Origin: Planctomycetota bacterium
Lineage (GTDB): Bacteria > Planctomycetota > SZUA-567 > H5-PLA8
Direction: 5' to 3'
DNA length: 64,000 bases
Assembly: GCA_038227875.1 (NCBI GenBank)
Contig: JBBRPR010000009.1
Span: forward strand, 96,001-160,000
Position numbers and translations under genes: made by a program. Of the stretch, positions 47,692-56,681 are shown piece after piece. The notes below the pieces were generated by a model. It was not told the origin of the DNA, did no database searches, and saw only the letters and a list, made by a program, of their open reading frames with translations. Positions within the stretch are counted from its first letter, which is position 1, and every line of letters begins with the position of its first letter.

Positions 47692-48153
47692 ATGTTAAAG
47701 AAAGCGTCGGTCGACGACCTCAAATCGGGTGCAATAACGCGAGCCACAAGTTACATAGTGATTACGATGTGCCACTACCCGCGGGGTATACGTAAGGAGT
47801 TGTCGGACGAGTACGTCAAAGCCCTCGCCCCGGACCCAGGCCTGCTCAAAGACTTCCAGAGCGAGAAAAAGCGGCGGGAGGGCAGTCACAATGCCGCATT
47901 TGCCTGCGTCCACTATGAACAGCGGTTTAAGCTGGAGCCGGAAGGAATCGCCGAGCTGCGCCGCCTGGCGGGGCTGAGCGGCGAAAGGGATGTCACCTTT
48001 GTCTGCCAGTGCGCGGCGGATGAACGCTGTCACCGGGAATTATTACTCATTCTCGCGCGACAATGGTATGGGGCGAAGACGGAGATTCGCCGGTTTTCGT
48101 ACCCGCTCTTTGAACGCCGCATTCCTGAGAAAGAAGGCCCGCTCAAGTCCTAA
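47692..48153 (+). CDS. DUF488/YeaO-like protein
   Basis: YPRGIRKE, LAPDPGLL, C-x-C...CHR motif. Confidence 0.7.
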   Translation: MLKKASVDDLKSGAITRATSYIVITMCHYPRGIRKELSDEYVKALAPDPGLLKDFQSEKKRREGSHNAAFACVHYEQRFKLEPEGIAELRRLAGLSGERDVTFVCQCAADERCHRELLLILARQWYGAKTEIRRFSYPLFERRIPEKEGPLKS

Positions 48154-48224
48154 GATCGACCTCATTTTAAAGTAGTAAAAGCGTCTACCCACCGGCGCGA
48201 TCCCGTTGTAAGATTCATTCGGGC

Positions 48225-50507
48225 TTGAACATGAAAGGAATAGCGCCCTTGCCAACCCGCACCGACATCCACCCGCTGCACCCGCTCTTTCGCAGGACCG
48301 CCGTGATGCTTCTGGCGGTATTCAGTCTCACCTTTCATTTTCGAACCAACGCGGCGGAGAAGCTCAAGCCTGAGCATGTGGCGATCCTGGTGCCGCAGAT
48401 TCTCGAGATCCACGTCAAGCAGCACACCATGGATCCGGCGTTCATGCGCCGCCTGATGAAGGAATACGTCGAGCAGCTCGATCCGGGCCGCAGCTTCTTT
48501 TTGAAATCCGAATACGACGCCGTGTTGACGCTCACCGACGACGAATGCAACACGCTGGCTCAGCGCGCCACCGACGGCGACTTGGGACAGTTCAAAACGA
48601 TCCTCAAGAACTTCCTCGACAAGCAGATCGCGCGCGACACGGAGATGTACGCCTCGCTGGACAAGCGCGCCGATGAAATCCGCCAGAAGGCCAAGGACCG
48701 TTTGAAGGCCCGCACCGACAAGGCCGACGCGACCAAGCCTGACACCGCGATCAAGCCCGACACCGCCGTGAAGCCCACCAAGCCCGACGAAACGGTGACC
48801 AAGGACAAGGACAGCGAGGACGATTACATCGATCCCGACGGCATCATCTGGAAGGACCGCCCGGCGACCAACGAGGAACGCGAAAAGCGTCTGATCATCT
48901 CCACCGCGTCGCTCTACTCCCTGAACAAGGAGTACCTCAAGGACGACGAAGCGATGAAGCTCGCCATCCAGGCAATTCAGCGCAACCGCGAAAAGTGGCA
49001 GAAGACGGTCGTCGACGACGACGTCGCCAAGATTTTCCTGAAGAGCTTCATGATGGCGCTGGACCCGCATTCCGATTACCTGGAAGGCGACGACGAAGAA
49101 GATTTCACCTCGCACATGGAACGCAGCTTCGCGGGAATCGGCGTGCAGATTCGCCCGTGCCCGCTGGGCGCGCATATCGAAGATGTGATCAAGGGCGGAC
49201 CCTCGGACAAGAGCGGCAAGTTCGCGCGCGGCGACCAGATCGTAGCCGTCGACAACGTGGTGCTGGCCGGCATGACCATCAACAAGATCGTCAAGCTGAT
49301 CAAGGGCGAGAAGGGCACCGACGTGAAGTTGACGGTGCTGAAGCGCGACACCAGCAAGACCGATGTCATCACCATCAAGCGCGACACGATTGAACTGGCC
49401 GACATGCGCGTGAAGGGCAAGACCATCGATTCTCCGGACGGCCCGGTGGGCTTGATCTCCGTGCAGGCGTTCTACCAGGGCGTGCACAACGACGTCCGCG
49501 ACCGCCTCAATGAAATCAGCAAGGGCAAGGCGCTCTCCGGCGTGGTGCTGGACCTGCGCAACAACACCGGCGGGTACCTCGACGAAGCGATCGGACTGGC
49601 GAGCCTGTTCATCGAATCCGGCGCGGTGGTCGGCGAACGCAACGGCCGCAACAAGATCCAGTGGCAGGACGATCCGGACGAGAAGATCGAATTCCGCGGC
49701 CCGCTGGTCATCCTGACCAACCAGTTCTCGGCCAGCGCATCGGAAATCGTGACGGGCACGCTGAAAGCCTACGGCCGCGCGGTGGTCGTCTCACACACGC
49801 AGACGTTCGGCAAGGGCACCGTTCAGAAGGTTCTGCCGCTCAATTCGCACGGCCTGCCGGGCGAAATCAAGGTTACGACCGATCAGTACTTTCTGGCCAA
49901 TGGTTCGTCGGTGCAGTTGAAGGGCGTTGATCCGGACGTGATCATTCCCGGCCCGAAGCTGCTCAACGAAGACGGCTACCTGGAAGCCGCGACGCCCAAC
50001 GCGATCGCATGGAACCAGATTCCCGGCCGCCTCGACAACGCCAAGCCCGAAGTGAAGATGTGGATGGAGTGGAAGAACAAGAACATGAAGTCGCTGCAGG
50101 GTCGTTCCAAGCAGCGCATCGACGCCAACCCGGAATTCGCGAACCTCTTCGACTTGAAGAAGCGCAAGGAAAAGGAAAAGGCGAACCCCGAGAAGGACAA
50201 GCCCGACAATCCTGACGCTCCGCCGGCGCTTGACGAGAAGAAGAAGGACGAGAAGGATCCGCAGGCCGACGAAGCCGTGGCGATTGTGCGCGACATGATC
50301 AGCACGTGGCCGTTGAACGACGGACAAGCCGTGGCCGAAATGCCGCCGCCTCCGCCGGTTGTCGCTCCGTCCGTCGCTGCCGACACCGAGCTGCAGGCGC
50401 AGATCGAAAAGTTGAAGGAAGAGAACAAACAACTGCGCGAAGAGAACGAGAAGCTGCGCAAAGGCGTGACCCAGTCCAAGCCCGTGAAAGACGAAATCAC
50501 CAAGTAG
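48225..50507 (+). CDS. prc: Carboxy-terminal processing (tail-specific) protease, S41A
   Basis: LDPGRSFF, LDPHSDYL, GIG plus PDZ domain, LDLRNNTGG, SASASEI, TFGKGTVQ, SVQLKGVDPD. Exact start uncertain. Confidence 0.92.
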   Translation: MNMKGIAPLPTRTDIHPLHPLFRRTAVMLLAVFSLTFHFRTNAAEKLKPEHVAILVPQILEIHVKQHTMDPAFMRRLMKEYVEQLDPGRSFFLKSEYDAVLTLTDDECNTLAQRATDGDLGQFKTILKNFLDKQIARDTEMYASLDKRADEIRQKAKDRLKARTDKADATKPDTAIKPDTAVKPTKPDETVTKDKDSEDDYIDPDGIIWKDRPATNEEREKRLIISTASLYSLNKEYLKDDEAMKLAIQAIQRNREKWQKTVVDDDVAKIFLKSFMMALDPHSDYLEGDDEEDFTSHMERSFAGIGVQIRPCPLGAHIEDVIKGGPSDKSGKFARGDQIVAVDNVVLAGMTINKIVKLIKGEKGTDVKLTVLKRDTSKTDVITIKRDTIELADMRVKGKTIDSPDGPVGLISVQAFYQGVHNDVRDRLNEISKGKALSGVVLDLRNNTGGYLDEAIGLASLFIESGAVVGERNGRNKIQWQDDPDEKIEFRGPLVILTNQFSASASEIVTGTLKAYGRAVVVSHTQTFGKGTVQKVLPLNSHGLPGEIKVTTDQYFLANGSSVQLKGVDPDVIIPGPKLLNEDGYLEAATPNAIAWNQIPGRLDNAKPEVKMWMEWKNKNMKSLQGRSKQRIDANPEFANLFDLKKRKEKEKANPEKDKPDNPDAPPALDEKKKDEKDPQADEAVAIVRDMISTWPLNDGQAVAEMPPPPPVVAPSVAADTELQAQIEKLKEENKQLREENEKLRKGVTQSKPVKDEITK

Positions 50508-50544
50508 CGCGCTAAAGCGCGAGGGGCCAGGGCCAGGGGTCAGA
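50508..50544 (+). repeat. Solo degenerate arm of the GGGGTCA family immediately after the prc stop
   Basis: cgcgctaaagcgcg-aggggccagggccaggggtcaga. Confidence 0.75.
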
Positions 50545-50566
50545 AAAGAGCGAGTGATTTGAGATG

Positions 50567-50601
50567 CAGGCGCGACCAGAAATGGTCGCGCCTGTTTTTT
50601 T
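50567..50601 (+). terminator. Intrinsic terminator of prc
   Basis: caggcgcgacca-gaaa-tggtcgcgcctg followed by T7. Confidence 0.88.
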
Positions 50602-50654
50602 GATCGGGGACCATATGGACTGTAGTCCCTAAGTAAAAACTACCACACAACTCG

Positions 50655-50688
50655 CCGTTCTTTGCGACTTAGCGGCTTTGCGTGAGAT
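50655..50688 (-). repeat. Third copy of the CGCAAAG-octamer repeat unit
   Basis: Minus strand atctcacgcaaagccgctaagtcgcaaagaacgg matches the 40567 copy at 31 of 34 positions. Confidence 0.8.
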
Positions 50689-50700
50689 TAAGACGAAGTA

Positions 50701-51369
50701 TTAGCCGCTCACGTCCGCGTTGGGCGGCTCGGTTTTCCAGAGCTCCACGCTGACGCCCTCGGGGCTGGGCGTAAAGCGGTAGATCTTGTCGGCGTACTTT
50801 TCGAAGACCGTGTGTTCGTGATGGCTGATCATGATCACCTGGAAGCCCAGCTCGCGTCCGGCGCGGTGGACGATGTTCACCAGGCGCGGGACGAGGTCCG
50901 GGCGCAGCCAGCAGTCCTGTTCGTCGAGCACCAGAAACGGGCGGTGTGTTTTGGGATCCAGCGTCGCCAGCGCGTACATGCGCAGACCGACGGAAAGCAC
51001 ATTGGCGACCGAACCGCCCTGGCCGCGGATGATGTCCTCCTCGCAACCGTCGCGGACGACGGTGAACTCAATCGCAGCAGCTTTATTCTTGATCGTCTGC
51101 GTGACTTTCACCGCGATGGGCTGGTCGAGGACTTCGACCAGCGCCTGCGTCAGATTGCGTTCCAGCAATTGGCTGATGTGCTGAAAGAGCTCGCTGCTGA
51201 GTTGCTCCAGCGCTTCGCTGACCTGCGTCGACATCGCCAGGTACGCGCTGACGCGTTCGAACTCGGCGCTGATGCGCGTTTTCTGCGCGGCGCTGGTTTC
51301 GTGCAGCACGGTGAGGCGATCGAGCCGGCGCGCAAGCGCTGCGGGTGAGCGCAGATCGGGCGGCGGCAT
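50701..51369 (-). CDS. C-terminal half of a Rad50/SbcC-type ABC ATPase as a separate protein
   Basis: N-terminal coiled coil, signature-like GQGGSVANVLSVGLR, Walker B FLVLDEQD, H-switch IMISHH; no Walker A. Confidence 0.85.
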   Translation of the reverse strand: MPPPDLRSPAALARRLDRLTVLHETSAAQKTRISAEFERVSAYLAMSTQVSEALEQLSSELFQHISQLLERNLTQALVEVLDQPIAVKVTQTIKNKAAAIEFTVVRDGCEEDIIRGQGGSVANVLSVGLRMYALATLDPKTHRPFLVLDEQDCWLRPDLVPRLVNIVHRAGRELGFQVIMISHHEHTVFEKYADKIYRFTPSPEGVSVELWKTEPPNADVSG

Positions 51370-51704
51370 CAGGCGCGGCGTCCTTCAGCAGGGATGCTGC
51401 CGCCGTGCGCGGCGCGGTGGGATTCTTCGACGCTGGCCAGTTGCGTCTCGATCCCGTCGAGGTGCTTCTGATAGTCGGCGCGCAGGCGCTCGTTGTTGGC
51501 GATCATGTCTTTGAGCTTCTTCTGCAGCTCGGCGAGATCGTCGGTCTGGTATTCGTCGCGCGCTTTCTTGCGCAGCTTTTCGAGAGCTTCCTCGGCGGAC
51601 TTGCGGTTGGTCTCCGCGGCGATGCGCTTTTCGTTCAGCGCTTCGAAGCGCTTGCGCAACTGCTCGATATTTTCCTGCGCCGCGTCACTTTTCAACTTTG
51701 CCAT
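51369..51704 (-). CDS. Small coiled-coil protein (111 aa)
   Basis: Heptad-rich and charged; overlaps both neighbours (TGATG at 51369). Confidence 0.75.
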   Translation of the reverse strand: MAKLKSDAAQENIEQLRKRFEALNEKRIAAETNRKSAEEALEKLRKKARDEYQTDDLAELQKKLKDMIANNERLRADYQKHLDGIETQLASVEESHRAAHGGSIPAEGRRA

Positions 51705-52653
51705 CGGGCACGACCTCCTTCGCCAGCTCCAGAATTTCTTCCTGCACCGCCGCGGGGTAACGGTCGATGTTCTTCTTTAAAAACGAGGTCAAGCCGCCGC
51801 CGCCCTGCGTGCGCAGCGTCCGCAGCTCGTTCAAGCCGGAGACGAAGAGCGAACGTTCGGTGTCGGCCGCCGCGGTCTTGGCGGCGCCAGCGTGAAACAC
51901 CTTGGCAAATTTTTCGTGCGGCACTTCGACGATCTCGCTGCGCCAGCCGTGCGTGTCGATGTCGACGCGGAGCACCGCGGGGACGCGCTCCTTGTTGCCG
52001 TCGCTGAATTTCACGCGCGCGATGTTGCCGGGATTCATCCACGTGGTCACGCCCTGTACCACCGCGGGCGCGGGCGTGTGGATGTGGCCGTTGACCAGCA
52101 GCGTGACGCCAGGAATCTCCGTCGCGTTGAAGCGCCCGCTCGATTCGTAGCCGGCGAAGCGGATGTCGTGGTGCGCCATCCAGAAAACCAGCGGCCGATC
52201 CTGGACCAGGAATTCTTCGGGCATCTCGAACGCCTCGGGAATGCGCTGCCCCCAGGAGGTGCCGCCGATGATCACCAGCCGCGACCCCATCCAGCCGCGC
52301 CACGGACGGTCGAAGTCGACGATGCGCAGCCGTCGCGCGCGAACCACGATCTGCAGCGTGTCGTCGTCGCTGAGTTCATTGGTGGCGCAGTCGTGATTGC
52401 CGTAGATGCAGAGGACCTCGCCGTCGAGTATCGCCATCAGTTCGGCCAGCAGCCAGTTGGCATTGTCGCGCGGCCAGTGGAAGACGTCGCCGAGGATCGC
52501 GGGGATCAGCTTGTTCTCCTTGGCGTACTTCAGGCACCACTGCAGCTTCTTCAAAATTGCGCGCGGATAGTCGTCGGAACGGAATCCCGGCACGCGGCTG
52601 GCGAGATGCGGGTCGCCGATGAAGAGGATGCCTTTGTAGATTTCATTTGGCAT
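51685..52653 (-). CDS. Mre11/SbcD-like metallophosphoesterase nuclease
   Basis: IGDPHL, LGDVFH, GNHD, AHHD, NGHIH, NPGN. Confidence 0.88.
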   Translation of the reverse strand: MPNEIYKGILFIGDPHLASRVPGFRSDDYPRAILKKLQWCLKYAKENKLIPAILGDVFHWPRDNANWLLAELMAILDGEVLCIYGNHDCATNELSDDDTLQIVVRARRLRIVDFDRPWRGWMGSRLVIIGGTSWGQRIPEAFEMPEEFLVQDRPLVFWMAHHDIRFAGYESSGRFNATEIPGVTLLVNGHIHTPAPAVVQGVTTWMNPGNIARVKFSDGNKERVPAVLRVDIDTHGWRSEIVEVPHEKFAKVFHAGAAKTAAADTERSLFVSGLNELRTLRTQGGGGLTSFLKKNIDRYPAAVQEEILELAKEVVPDGKVEK

Positions 52654-53992
52654 GGGTGTGCTCCCGCCGCGAGAGCAGCGACTCAGCGTCCACCGCGCCG
52701 CCGCAGGTCGGGCACGTCGGATTGCTCGACGCCCACGCGCGGATTTCGTTCATCACGCCTTGGCGCTCGGCCTCGAGATCCTTCGCTTCCTGAGCCGCGT
52801 CCCTGGCGCGGGCTTCCAACTGCGCGCGGCTCTCGAGCAGCTCAACCAGCGCGCGAGTTTCCTGCTCGGCTGGCAAGACGCGGAGCACTTTCAACACATC
52901 GCGGGCCTGGACATGAGCCGCGAAACGGCGCTGCGCGGCCTCGAGTTCCTCGGTCAGGTGCGCGAGCTTCGCCGCATCGCCGAATTCCGGCGGCTCGTCG
53001 AGAATGGAAAGCTGTTCCGCGCGCCCCGCGTTGACGGCGTGCGCGCGTTCCTGCTCCTCCAGATGCTGGCAGAGCCACGCCAGAGCCGCGGCATCGCCGA
53101 GCCGCGGCGGCGGGGTGATCGCGCGCAACGCCTGCGACTGCGCCGTCCATGTGTCGCGCGCGTCGTGGTAATGCGCGAGGGATTCCAGCACCACCGTCAG
53201 TGCGCCGGTATCCGGCAGAGGGGGCGGGGGAGTCAGCGCGCGGATCAGCTCGACGGCAGACTGGCAGCGGCCATGGATTTCCGACTGTGTCTCCAGGTGT
53301 TCGACCAACTGCCTCAACTTTTCCGTCTCGCGTTCAGCGGAGACGATCGTCTCGTAAGCGCGCTCGGCCTCCGCGATCGATTTGTTCAGCTCCGCGACCG
53401 GATCGAGCGCCGCGAGCAGCGCGTCGGCGGCATGGAGCTCCCGTTCCAGGCGCGTCTTTTCGCGGGAGGCTTCCATGACCTTGGTGCGGTGGCGCTTCTG
53501 CATTTCGACCAGCAGCGCCGCGTCGGAGGCCGACGCGAAAAACAGCGCCGCGCGGCTGGGCGGTTCATCGAGCAGAAAGATCGGCGCTTTCTGCGTCGCG
53601 AAGTGGATGTCGAAGGCTTCGCGGCGTTCGGCGGCGTCCGGCGCGTCGGTGGGGATGACCTTGGGCAGGCGCAGCACGTCCTGGATCTGCTCCAGGATGT
53701 CCTTTTTGACCCGATGGACGGGTTCGCCGTCGAGTACGTAGCCCGGCACGCCTTTTTTCCGGAACCATTCGATGGTGTGGCCGTCGTCGGTTTCGACGAT
53801 GACCTGGCAGTCCTTCTCGTTGTGGCGGACCATGTAGCTGCCCTTTTCGTTGCCGCAAAGGGTTTGGAGCGCGCTGACGACCGCCGATTTGCCGCAGTTA
53901 TTGGGGCCGATCAAGACGGTGAGGCCCGCCGCCGGTTCGATAACGGTGAGCGCGTGGGACATGTAATTTTTAAGCGTGATTTTTTTCAGCAT
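52643..53992 (-). CDS. N-terminal half of a Rad50/SbcC-type ATPase ending in a CPTC zinc-hook motif
   Basis: ITLKNYMSH, Walker A GPNNCGKS, Q-loop FATQ, coiled coil with four 39-aa repeats, CPTCG at residues 427-431 of 449. Confidence 0.87.
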   Translation of the reverse strand: MLKKITLKNYMSHALTVIEPAAGLTVLIGPNNCGKSAVVSALQTLCGNEKGSYMVRHNEKDCQVIVETDDGHTIEWFRKKGVPGYVLDGEPVHRVKKDILEQIQDVLRLPKVIPTDAPDAAERREAFDIHFATQKAPIFLLDEPPSRAALFFASASDAALLVEMQKRHRTKVMEASREKTRLERELHAADALLAALDPVAELNKSIAEAERAYETIVSAERETEKLRQLVEHLETQSEIHGRCQSAVELIRALTPPPPLPDTGALTVVLESLAHYHDARDTWTAQSQALRAITPPPRLGDAAALAWLCQHLEEQERAHAVNAGRAEQLSILDEPPEFGDAAKLAHLTEELEAAQRRFAAHVQARDVLKVLRVLPAEQETRALVELLESRAQLEARARDAAQEAKDLEAERQGVMNEIRAWASSNPTCPTCGGAVDAESLLSRREHTHAK

Positions 53993-54038
53993 GACCGCGT
54001 TGAACTATAACGCGTTTCGCGGAGCCGTACAGCGGCGG

Positions 54039-55559
54039 CTATCCCGTCGACCGCCGTCTCATGAATTTTCGAGCGGTGAGAATCAGAACGATCGCGAGGA
54101 CCACGACTGCCGCCGTGGGATAGAAGTGCAGGTTCATACCGGGCGTGGTCGTGATCGTGAGCGTTCCATTGGACAGGGTCGTAGTCGAGACACGCGCGGC
54201 GGATGGCGACATCAACAACCAGGCGAAGCCCAATCCCACGGGCACCAGCGCGAGTGGCAACGCGAGCACAAATGCCGCAATCGCCAGTGGCGAGTAGCCG
54301 CCCCGCGCAGTCTTTGCGTCGCGCCAGGTCACGGCCGGCGCGGTGGCCTGCGCCAGCGTTGATTCGGGCGCGGGCTCGAAGACCCGCACGCCGTTGGGAC
54401 CCACCTCAATGCGGCGGCCGTTCTTCAACTGAAAACACGCCGCCAATCGCGATACGCGTTCACGTTCGGGCGAAGCTTCCGGAGCCGCGGTGATCGATGG
54501 CGTGGCGCTCGGAACTTTGCTCGGAAACGGAATCGCGGGCGCGGCAGCAGGTTGGGCAGCGGGCGCGGCCACAGCTTCGTGCTTTGACGAATACGTCGAC
54601 GCGATGCCCTCCACGTCCTTCGACAGCATCCGCGCGCGCTGGTAGCGCATGTCGGGTTCCTTCTCGAGCGATTTAAGGATGACTTCGTCGAGGCGCACGT
54701 CGACTTCGACCCGCTTCGACGGCACCTGAAAACGCCCGATCGGCAGTTCGCCGGTGAGCATTTCGTAGAAGATCACGCCCAGCGAGAAAATATCGGCGCG
54801 GTGATCGACGGTCTTGGCGCGTTCGCGCTGTTCGGGCGCCATGTATTCCGGTGTGCCCATCAGCACGTGGGTGTGAGTCAGACGTTGTTCGGGCAGCGAC
54901 ATCTCGCCGTGGATCATCCGCGCGAGACCGAAGTCGGTGATCTTCACGTGTCCGTCGGTGGTGAGCAGAATGTTTTCCGGCTTGATGTCGCGGTGGACCA
55001 GGCCTTTGCCGTGCGCGTATTCCAGCGCGGCGCAGATCTGCGGCACGATTGCCAGCGCCTGTTCGGGCTTGAGCTTGCCGTCCAGCTGCAGGCGGCGCAG
55101 GCTGACGCCTTCGACGTATTCCATTACCAGGTAGAATGTGTCGCCGGAGATGCCGCGGTCGATGATTTGAACGATATTATGGTGGTTGAGCGTCGCCAGC
55201 GCGAGGGCTTCGCGTTCGAAGCGCGTGCGGAATTTGGAGTCGGCGGCCAGGCGCTTGGGCAGTACTTTAACCGCGACTTTCCGCTCGAGCGATTTCTGGA
55301 CGCCCAGGTAGACGACGCCCATCCCGCCGCGCCCGATTTCCGATTCAATCAGGTAGCCGCCCAGGTCCGCGCCGCGCGCCAACCCCGGCGCTTCGTTGTT
55401 CTCGACCGGGGCTTCGCCCGATTGCGAGACCGGTTGCGGCACCGTTTCAACGCGCGCGGGTTCAAACTGCCTGGCACAGGCATGGCACGTCAGCACCCCT
55501 TCCGATGCCGGATTGCCGGCACCACAGTGAGGACAATGGAAGGTGTTTGCGTCGCTCAT
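54039..55559 (-). CDS. Hanks-type Ser/Thr protein kinase with N-terminal zinc ribbon and C-terminal TM helices
   Basis: CPHC...CHAC, GRGGMGVV, VAVK, HRDIKPEN, DFG, GTPEYMAPE, DIFSLG. Confidence 0.94.
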   Translation of the reverse strand: MSDANTFHCPHCGAGNPASEGVLTCHACARQFEPARVETVPQPVSQSGEAPVENNEAPGLARGADLGGYLIESEIGRGGMGVVYLGVQKSLERKVAVKVLPKRLAADSKFRTRFEREALALATLNHHNIVQIIDRGISGDTFYLVMEYVEGVSLRRLQLDGKLKPEQALAIVPQICAALEYAHGKGLVHRDIKPENILLTTDGHVKITDFGLARMIHGEMSLPEQRLTHTHVLMGTPEYMAPEQRERAKTVDHRADIFSLGVIFYEMLTGELPIGRFQVPSKRVEVDVRLDEVILKSLEKEPDMRYQRARMLSKDVEGIASTYSSKHEAVAAPAAQPAAAPAIPFPSKVPSATPSITAAPEASPERERVSRLAACFQLKNGRRIEVGPNGVRVFEPAPESTLAQATAPAVTWRDAKTARGGYSPLAIAAFVLALPLALVPVGLGFAWLLMSPSAARVSTTTLSNGTLTITTTPGMNLHFYPTAAVVVLAIVLILTARKFMRRRSTG

Positions 55560-55613
55560 GAAAAACCTGTTCTCGGTGTTGCGCGGAACTCACCCACTTC
55601 GATTCAGTACATC

Positions 55614-56249
55614 TTAATCGTCGAGCCCCTGTTCGCCTACTGATCCGCTGGTCTTCTTCGGCGCAGGATTGGAGTTGGTAGAGGCATTCGTCTTGGGCGG
55701 ATCCGGTCTCTCCACGGCGCCGAACTCGTCGGGGTTCTGTTCCCCAACCGAACCGGTCGTGGCCGAGCGCTGCGTGTTGGCTGGAGTCCGCGCACCGTTC
55801 GAGGGCGGCGGGGGGATTACAGGCGGAGCGGTGACGCTGATTATGCCTCCATTAGCACCGTTCCCACCCGAGGCGTTCATGCCGCCAGTGCCACCCGGTC
55901 CCGATAGTGTAATTATTGAAGGCGCTGCGGGCGGGGTACTCGGCGTCACCGTCATGTATACAGCCGGCGGGGAAATCGTGCTCGTTCCGTACGTTGCGCT
56001 CGAACCGCTTCTGCCGCCTGCCAGAAAGCCGAAGAACAGGAGTATCGGCACGATCAGGAGACTCATCGAGCCCAGCAGAATGGCCAGCAGCGCCAGACCG
56101 CGTCCCCGTACCGCGCCGCCGGAACGGTCGATCTGCCGCAGCGCCATCACGCCGAGAACGATGGGCAGGATGCAGAAAATAAAGATGGCCAATCCGACTC
56201 CACCGATGGCCAAAAAAGCGCCGGGAAACATGGAATTCGTGGGACTCAT
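55614..56249 (-). CDS. DUF4190-like membrane protein with Pro/Ser/Thr-rich tail
   Basis: IVLGVMALRQIDRSGGAVRGRGLALLAILLG motif; RBS GGAGG. Confidence 0.75.
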   Translation of the reverse strand: MSPTNSMFPGAFLAIGGVGLAIFIFCILPIVLGVMALRQIDRSGGAVRGRGLALLAILLGSMSLLIVPILLFFGFLAGGRSGSSATYGTSTISPPAVYMTVTPSTPPAAPSIITLSGPGGTGGMNASGGNGANGGIISVTAPPVIPPPPSNGARTPANTQRSATTGSVGEQNPDEFGAVERPDPPKTNASTNSNPAPKKTSGSVGEQGLDD

Positions 56250-56270
56250 TTTTCCTCCAGACCTTAAACG

Positions 56271-56657
56271 CTACGCCGTTTCCGTCACCGGTTCAATCGG
56301 GATGATGATCCAGGCGAGCACATAAAAGAACACGCTGATGCAGGTCAAAATCGCAACCACCGTAATGATGCGCACGAGCGCCGCATCGATGCCGGCATAG
56401 CGCGCGAATCCGCCGCAGACGCCGCCCAGCACACTGTCGTTTCGCGAGCGGTACAAGCGCTGTTGTTGTGCGAGCGCGCGCTGAGGTGGCTCGAACCGCG
56501 TGGGCGCCGCCGGATACGCGGCGGGTATCGCATCGGCCAGGCACGTCTTGCAGTGGTGCTTGCCGGCCACCGTCACGTCGCATTCCGCACAGACCAGGTT
56601 GCCGCATGAAACGCAACCCGCCACCGCCTCACGGTCATCATGAATCTTGCAGTTCAA
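56271..56657 (-). CDS. B-box-type zinc finger fused to a PspC domain
   Basis: CKIH...CVSCGNLVCAEC...HCKTC, then LYRSRNDSVLGGVCGGFARY...LVRI...YVLAWIIIP. TTG start after GGAGG. Confidence 0.85.
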   Translation of the reverse strand: MNCKIHDDREAVAGCVSCGNLVCAECDVTVAGKHHCKTCLADAIPAAYPAAPTRFEPPQRALAQQQRLYRSRNDSVLGGVCGGFARYAGIDAALVRIITVVAILTCISVFFYVLAWIIIPIEPVTETA

Positions 56658-56681
56658 CGCCACACCCCTCCGGCACTTCAC

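Noticed and set aside
52643..53992. Reading the N-half ATPase as a complete OLD-family/ABC ATPase because of the internal FLLDE motif, or as a pseudogene
   Set aside because: FLLDE follows the Q-loop with no preceding signature or following H-switch. The genuine Walker B and H-switch are in the 50701-51369 gene, and all four ORFs are intact and coupled.
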